Of a stretch of DNA of 24,000 nt, positions 18,926-24,000 are shown piece after piece. Within the stretch, counting starts at the first letter, position 1; every line of letters starts with the position of its first letter. Below the pieces are notes generated by a model, which was not told where the DNA came from, made no database searches, and worked only from the letters and a program-made list of their open reading frames with translations. The stretch covers positions 33,916 through 57,915 of the forward strand of contig CAYFTR010000006.1 of assembly GCA_964346185.1 (NCBI GenBank). The letters run 5' to 3'. The translations under genes and the position numbers were made by a program. This DNA comes from an uncultured Lachnospiraceae bacterium. GTDB lineage: Bacteria > Bacillota > Clostridia > Eubacteriales > Eubacteriaceae.

Positions 18926-20557
18926 TTACTGCATGGTCGCGATATTCATAATCGGGGGTACAATTTGTTTTTTTCTCGAAAAAACATTGGGCAGATACAC
19001 GGTCTCGTCGCTTTCTCTCATGCCGAAAGCTGTTCTTGCAATGTCTGCAGCTTCTCCGTGAATGATAATTTCGCTACCGCCGACAATAAAATCGGTGACC
19101 GCCAAAACCATTAAATCGTAGCCGTTAGCTTGAGAAAGCTGTGCCATGGTTTCTTTGAGTTCGGTTATTTTATTAAAGATATTTTTAAAATCGGAGGTGT
19201 TAATTTGAGAAATAGATACCCGAAAGCGTCCCATCGAAAAGACTTTTTGATCCGCCGTTAAGATTTCTTCGCTGCTTAGGGCATTCAAATTGCTACCTTC
19301 AATTAACATTTTTTCTCCATATTGTTTTAAGTTGAGACCTGCAATGTCGGCGAGCTTTTCCGCCGTTTTGATATCGACATCGGTACAGGTCGGGGAGTGA
19401 AACAACAAAGTGTCCGAAATAATAGCGGACATCAAGATACCCGCAATGGGTCTGGGCATGATGGTATTGGTTTCTTCATATATTTTAGCGACGATGGTAC
19501 AAGTCGAGCCGACCGGTTCAATACGAAGGTAAGCAGGGTAGGTGGTTTGAATTTCCGCAATGCGGTGGTGGTCGATAACTTCCAGAATGGAGGCCTCCTC
19601 GATCCCTGCGATGGATTGGCTCCTTTCGTTATGGTCGACCAATACAACCTGCTTGCGATTAAAATCCAACAGATTGGCCTTTTCGATGGTACCGATCACA
19701 TAACCGTCTGTATCCACAACCGGGAAACGGCTGTGCTTGGAGGTTAAAATATTTTTCTTAACATCTTCCAAGTTTTCGTAGTCTACAAAGTACTCGATAT
19801 TTTTACGTTGGACATATCGGCGCACGGGTACCAGTTGAGGCAATAAGCGTATTAAATCCAAGATTTTCATAGCGGTAACACATACCATACCGGGGTAATT
19901 GTCAGGAATAGGTAATTTGGTTCCGATGGGTACATTGCAGACAATCATGTTAAAGGCTTTTGTCGAAAATGTATGCAGATAGGCGGCCTCCTCCCGGGTT
20001 AGTATGATGATGTCCTCTTCATGTACTTCGACATCATTACCGAGGTCAAAGTACAGATACACATTACCTTTTACATAGGGATCTTTTAAGTTGCCGATGG
20101 GACGCCCCTCAATCTTCGAGATGATTTTTTCAAAAGACGTGTGGTGTTTTTTTAAGGTGTCCGGTTTAAAAATATCGTTGTAGGAGGGAAAAATGTCCGA
20201 TAAGGATATAACCCCCAACAGCTTGCCGAGATCGTCGGTAACGGTTAAGGAACGACCGGGGTTGGTTGCAATATGTTCCATGGCGTCCAATATGGTATGG
20301 TCTTCTTTAAGTATGGGAAGGGCTTTTAAATTAAGGTCGCTGATGGTGGGCTTTACGTCTTCCAGTAACCGCGGCGGTTCAATATTAAAATAATTCAGAA
20401 TATAGTTTGTCTCCCGGTTGATGTCGCCCAAACGACAGGCTTCGTAACGATTGCCATCCAGTGTGTTTTTTAAGTGGGCATAGGCAATGGCGGCACAAAT
20501 CGAATCACTGTCGGGATTGCGGTGGCCGAATACTTTAATTTTTTCCGTGTTTTTCAT
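18926..20557 (-). CDS. CBS-domain-containing family II inorganic pyrophosphatase (DHH/DHHA2 with a CBS-DRTGG-CBS insert)
   Basis: FGHRNPDSDSI (DHH motif I), two CBS-like segments flanking a DRTGG-like region, VLVDHNE, VIDHHR, DTLLFHSPT and the DHHA2 SRKKQ motif. The start is taken as the ATG at 20557 (MKNTEKIKVFGH), which overlaps the upstream TGA as ATGA. ATG 20578 is an alternative; the track start 20671 lies deep inside the upstream gene. Confidence 0.88.
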   Translation of the reverse strand: MKNTEKIKVFGHRNPDSDSICAAIAYAHLKNTLDGNRYEACRLGDINRETNYILNYFNIEPPRLLEDVKPTISDLNLKALPILKEDHTILDAMEHIATNPGRSLTVTDDLGKLLGVISLSDIFPSYNDIFKPDTLKKHHTSFEKIISKIEGRPIGNLKDPYVKGNVYLYFDLGNDVEVHEEDIIILTREEAAYLHTFSTKAFNMIVCNVPIGTKLPIPDNYPGMVCVTAMKILDLIRLLPQLVPVRRYVQRKNIEYFVDYENLEDVKKNILTSKHSRFPVVDTDGYVIGTIEKANLLDFNRKQVVLVDHNERSQSIAGIEEASILEVIDHHRIAEIQTTYPAYLRIEPVGSTCTIVAKIYEETNTIMPRPIAGILMSAIISDTLLFHSPTCTDVDIKTAEKLADIAGLNLKQYGEKMLIEGSNLNALSSEEILTADQKVFSMGRFRVSISQINTSDFKNIFNKITELKETMAQLSQANGYDLMVLAVTDFIVGGSEIIIHGEAADIARTAFGMRESDETVYLPNVFSRKKQIVPPIMNIATMQ

Positions 20558-21714
20558 TTTATTTTCTTTAATCTCCATAGTGCTTCTTTTAATGTGGCTT
20601 GATCGGTGGCAATGTTCATGCGCCAATGGCCGTCGCCGCCGGTACCGTAAAGGCTGCCGGCGTTTAACCATAGCTTACAGTGTTTTTCAAGTTTCTCGGC
20701 AATTTGTTGATCGGATAAGCCGAGAGCCTTAAAATTAAGCCAGAGTAAGTAGGTGCCTTCCGGCTCTATGAGTTTAATTTCGGGTAATTCTTTTTCTAAA
20801 AAATTTCGCGTTAGGGCAATGTTTTGTTGTAAATAGTTAATAAGTTCTTTCAACCACGGAGCCCCTGAGGTGTAGGCGACGGTGGTGGCAACAATGCTCA
20901 TGGGGTTTAGTTGAGGTGTACCTTGTTTAGCCAACTCTTTTTTAAAAGCTTCCCGCAATTGTGTGTCGGGGATGATGATGTTGGATCCTTGCAAGCCCGC
21001 CAGATTAAAGGTTTTGGAGGGAGATGTCATGGTAACGGTGCGGGTAGCGTAAGCCGGGTTGGTTGCTTCAAAAACACTGTGATGATAGGGAGGATAGATA
21101 AAATCGCAGTGAATTTCATCGGCAATTACAAGCACATTGTACTTGGCACAAATGTCCGCTATTTGCGTTAATTCGTTGCTCTCCCATACTCTGCCCACAG
21201 GATTATGGGGGGAGCAGAGGATAAAGGCCTTTACTTTTTCCGATTTTATTTTTTCTTCAAAGTCATTAAAATCGATCTCATAGCGGTTGTCTTTAAAAAC
21301 CAAAGGGTTAATGACAGCTTTTCGATTGTTGTTTGTAATGGCACTTTTAAAAGGGTTGTACACCGGCTCCTGAATAAGAACGGCGTCACCTTCATTTGTA
21401 AAAGCACGTAGAGCCGCGTTGATACCATAAACAATACCCGGTGTGGTGACAATGCTTTTTTTCTCGATTTGCCAATGAAACCGTGTTTTAAACCAAGCGG
21501 TTATGGCGTTGATATAGCCTTCGTCAATTGTTGAATAGCCGAAGACTCCGTGTTCGGCACGTTTTGTCAAAGCTTCGACGACTTGGGGCGGTGCGGGGAA
21601 ATCCATATCCGCAACCCAAAGGGGAATGGTGTCCTCGGGTTTGCTTAAGGATTCAATCAGATCGTATTTTACGGATTGCGTGTGTTTTCTGTTTATTTTT
21701 TGATTAAAATTCAT
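20554..21714 (-). CDS. PLP-dependent C-S lyase / aminotransferase class I-II (MalY/PatB-type cystathionine beta-lyase family)
   Basis: N-terminus NRKHTQSVKYD, the PLP-lysine motif TSPSKTFNLAG, a length of 386 aa and RBS GAGAGG upstream. Confidence 0.82.
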   Translation of the reverse strand: MNFNQKINRKHTQSVKYDLIESLSKPEDTIPLWVADMDFPAPPQVVEALTKRAEHGVFGYSTIDEGYINAITAWFKTRFHWQIEKKSIVTTPGIVYGINAALRAFTNEGDAVLIQEPVYNPFKSAITNNNRKAVINPLVFKDNRYEIDFNDFEEKIKSEKVKAFILCSPHNPVGRVWESNELTQIADICAKYNVLVIADEIHCDFIYPPYHHSVFEATNPAYATRTVTMTSPSKTFNLAGLQGSNIIIPDTQLREAFKKELAKQGTPQLNPMSIVATTVAYTSGAPWLKELINYLQQNIALTRNFLEKELPEIKLIEPEGTYLLWLNFKALGLSDQQIAEKLEKHCKLWLNAGSLYGTGGDGHWRMNIATDQATLKEALWRLKKIK

Positions 21715-21789
21715 TGATTACCTCTCAAAGCTATTGTAGGTCAGTAATATTAAAATAGACTTCAATCGAATATCGGAAAATCGGTTTTA

Positions 21790-21798
21790 TGCTATAAT
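21790..21798 (+). promoter_or_regulatory. Extended -10 element (TGcTATAAT) upstream of comEC
   Basis: TGCTATAAT at 21790-21798, about 28 nt upstream of ATG 21826. Confidence 0.4.
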
Positions 21799-21825
21799 AA
21801 CAATAATAAATGCTGTGGGGTTTTT

Positions 21826-24000
21826 ATGAAAAGACTGTTGCCGATTTCAATACTTTTTTCAATAGCCGGAATTATATTCATTTATTTTCGTGCCCCGTTT
21901 TATCTGCTCATTTTATTGTTCGGTTTGTTACTTGTCGTACCGTTGTTCTTTTCTTTTAATAACATGTCCCAATCGGCAACGCTAATGTTTATTTTTTTAT
22001 GTGTTGTGTTTCGTATGTCGCAATTGAATACGCAGCAAATGGAATTGCAACCTTTTTATGATACGGAACACACCTACGAAGCCGTTGTAATCGATGAAGT
22101 GCAAATAGACAATGGCAGAGGTCGTTCTACCCTACAACTGTTAAACGGGGAAGAGCAACCCCTCAAAGGGAAGGTGATCTTTCATGTATACGATGTGTCC
22201 CGACCTCAATTAATCCAACCGGGACAGGTCATTCGGTTTAAAGGTACCTTAAGGGAATTATCCCCTAAGAGAAATCCCGGCGGCTTCAACGAGAAACTAC
22301 ATTATACCACCAAAGGTGTCTACGGTCGATTGACTCTCTCCGAAAACAGCATAGAGCCGGTAGGGTATCGGGAACGTTGGACCTTTAAGTTTTTGCATTT
22401 TCGACGTTTGTTGGTCCATCAATTAACGACCTTAACGGAGCGGCAACCGGTCCGTGACTTGGTAAGTACTTTGTTGCTGGGGGAAAAGCTCCATGATACA
22501 ACGATAGAGGAAGGTTTCAGAACGGTGGGTATCTCCCATATTTTAGCCATATCGGGCATGCATGTGGGGTTTTTATCGATGGCGTTATTAAAGTTGTTTG
22601 AGCGACTTAAAATTCCCGATAAAATCGCACGCATATTAAGCGTTATAGGATTATTCTTTTATGCGATGTTGGTGGCATTTCCGGTTTCGGTCGTTCGTGC
22701 GGTACTTATGTTGGGCATTTACCAAGCGGGTGTTGTTTTAAAGCAAGTTAAAGATGCTTTTTCGGCATTGTTGGCGACGACCGCCATCGTTTTGATGGTC
22801 TATCCCGTGCAGTTGTTTTCTTTGAGTTTTCAACTTTCCTTTATGGCAACCCTCGGAATTATTTTGTTTTATCAACCCCTCCGTTATCGACTGGAACGCC
22901 GTACGGGAAGAACATCTTTTATCGGTGACAGTATTCTTTTAACCCTGTCTGCCAACGCAACGACGTTACCTATTGTTTTATTTTATTTTCACCGGTTTAA
23001 TTTATTGTCTTTTATCGGAAATATTCTTGTTGTGCCGCTTGTTGGTTTTGTATTTATTTATACCGTTGTGTTGTTACCCCTAAGCTTTGTTTTTCAAGGG
23101 ATGACTATCTTTTTGTTTCAATTTGTCCAATGGACGGTACAGTTTATTTTATGGATAACGAAAACCCTTGGCAGTATTGACGGTTTTACTTTTAGAGGTG
23201 TCGGTTTGCCCCTTGCTTTGATACTGTTGTTAGCGATTTTTATTTTTTATGCAGCTGGTTATTATCGTCCGAAGAAAAAGGGAAAGGTGGCGGTTTGTGT
23301 TCTGTTGCTTCTTGTTGCACTTATAGATGCCAAGACTTTACCCTTGACTGAACAACCCTTAAAGATATACTTTTTAGATATCGGTCAGGGGGATGCAACC
23401 TTACTTCGTACGCCGAAAGGGTACACGTATTTAATTGACGGCGGCGGTTACCAACAGGAAATTTTGGATTTAAAAAAAATACAACCGCAACCCGTGTCCC
23501 AATCGGTGCTGCTTCCCGCTTTATATGCAACCGGTGCCGACCGTATCGATGCTGCAATCATCACTCATAACCACGAAGATCACAGTCAGGGTGTCGAGGA
23601 ATTGTTGACGATGTTTCCCGTCGGGCGACTTTATCTATCAACAAAAAACAACCATCCCGTATTGGGGCAAATGGCATGTATCGATGTACGTTACCTGGCT
23701 GCCGGTCAAGCTCTAAAAACGCCCGACGGCGTTGTAATTGAGTGCTTATGGCCGACCCTACCCGTAGAAGCTCTTGACGATACATTGCAAAATCACCATG
23801 CGATGGTTTTACGCTTAGGCTACGGCAATCACCGGTTATTAATGATGTCGGACAGCGATGTTCAAACCGAAACGGCATTGGCGGACAATTTAGGTGATGT
23901 TGCTATTTTACGTGTCGGTCATCACGGGTCCAAAACGTCTACAGGCGAGGAGCTGCTGCATAAAACCAACCCCGAGGCTGCCGTTATTTCCGTCGGTCGT
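21826..24000 (+). CDS. comEC: DNA internalisation competence protein ComEC/Rec2 (3' end outside the window; absent from the ORF track because no stop is reached)
   Basis: My translation from ATG 21826 stays in one frame where I checked it (starts of codons at 22531 and 23362). It gives an N-terminal TM region, RNPGGFNEKLHY and the competence domain GISHILAISGMHVGFL. The metallo-beta-lactamase domain follows (IYFLDIGQGDATLLRTPKG, THNHEDHSQG, LRVGHHGSKTS). Confidence 0.9.
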   Translation, partial: MKRLLPISILFSIAGIIFIYFRAPFYLLILLFGLLLVVPLFFSFNNMSQSATLMFIFLCVVFRMSQLNTQQMELQPFYDTEHTYEAVVIDEVQIDNGRGRSTLQLLNGEEQPLKGKVIFHVYDVSRPQLIQPGQVIRFKGTLRELSPKRNPGGFNEKLHYTTKGVYGRLTLSENSIEPVGYRERWTFKFLHFRRLLVHQLTTLTERQPVRDLVSTLLLGEKLHDTTIEEGFRTVGISHILAISGMHVGFLSMALLKLFERLKIPDKIARILSVIGLFFYAMLVAFPVSVVRAVLMLGIYQAGVVLKQVKDAFSALLATTAIVLMVYPVQLFSLSFQLSFMATLGIILFYQPLRYRLERRTGRTSFIGDSILLTLSANATTLPIVLFYFHRFNLLSFIGNILVVPLVGFVFIYTVVLLPLSFVFQGMTIFLFQFVQWTVQFILWITKTLGSIDGFTFRGVGLPLALILLLAIFIFYAAGYYRPKKKGKVAVCVLLLLVALIDAKTLPLTEQPLKIYFLDIGQGDATLLRTPKGYTYLIDGGGYQQEILDLKKIQPQPVSQSVLLPALYATGADRIDAAIITHNHEDHSQGVEELLTMFPVGRLYLSTKNNHPVLGQMACIDVRYLAAGQALKTPDGVVIECLWPTLPVEALDDTLQNHHAMVLRLGYGNHRLLMMSDSDVQTETALADNLGDVAILRVGHHGSKTSTGEELLHKTNPEAAVISVGR

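Noticed and set aside
22419-23878. Minus-strand ORFs 22419..22634, 23321..23557 and 23561..23878
   Set aside because: They lie antisense inside the open-ended comEC frame, which carries unmistakable competence and metallo-beta-lactamase motifs.

Overview
This window reads as a chromosomal core region of a moderately AT-rich Clostridia-type Firmicute. I found no mobile element, CRISPR array, tRNA/rRNA gene or recognisable defence island. Plus-strand genes run from 1 to about 18.0 kb: a partial Sel1/TPR-like ORF, a PfoR/EIIC-like membrane protein, vanZ-family, radA, then the operon ruvA-ruvB-queA-tgt-yajC. A 46-aa six-cysteine SCIFF ranthipeptide precursor (too short for the ORF track) and its radical-SAM/SPASM maturase are attached to that operon. 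These are followed by hpf, a DUF5317-like membrane protein with a long E/K-rich tail, secA, prfB (with its +1 frameshift) and a homocysteine S-methyltransferase-domain protein. A minus-strand operon (21.7 to 18.1 kb) encodes a PatB/MalY-type C-S lyase, a CBS-domain family II pyrophosphatase and a membrane-anchored hypothetical protein. comEC then starts at 21826 and runs off the window end; it is also absent from the track. The parts most worth a second look are non-protein or sub-threshold. First, the scfA/scfB ranthipeptide pair with an internal hairpin attenuator. Second, a roughly 235-nt stand-alone structured RNA with a near-consensus promoter and strong terminator directly upstream of hpf/raiA, which is the position expected for the raiA-motif RNA. 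Third, a roughly 220-nt promoter-to-terminator unit between radA and ruvA whose 5' end can pair with the terminator's 5' arm, so it could be a 6S-like sRNA or a leader of unknown class. All RNA family assignments are inferences made without covariance-model searches.
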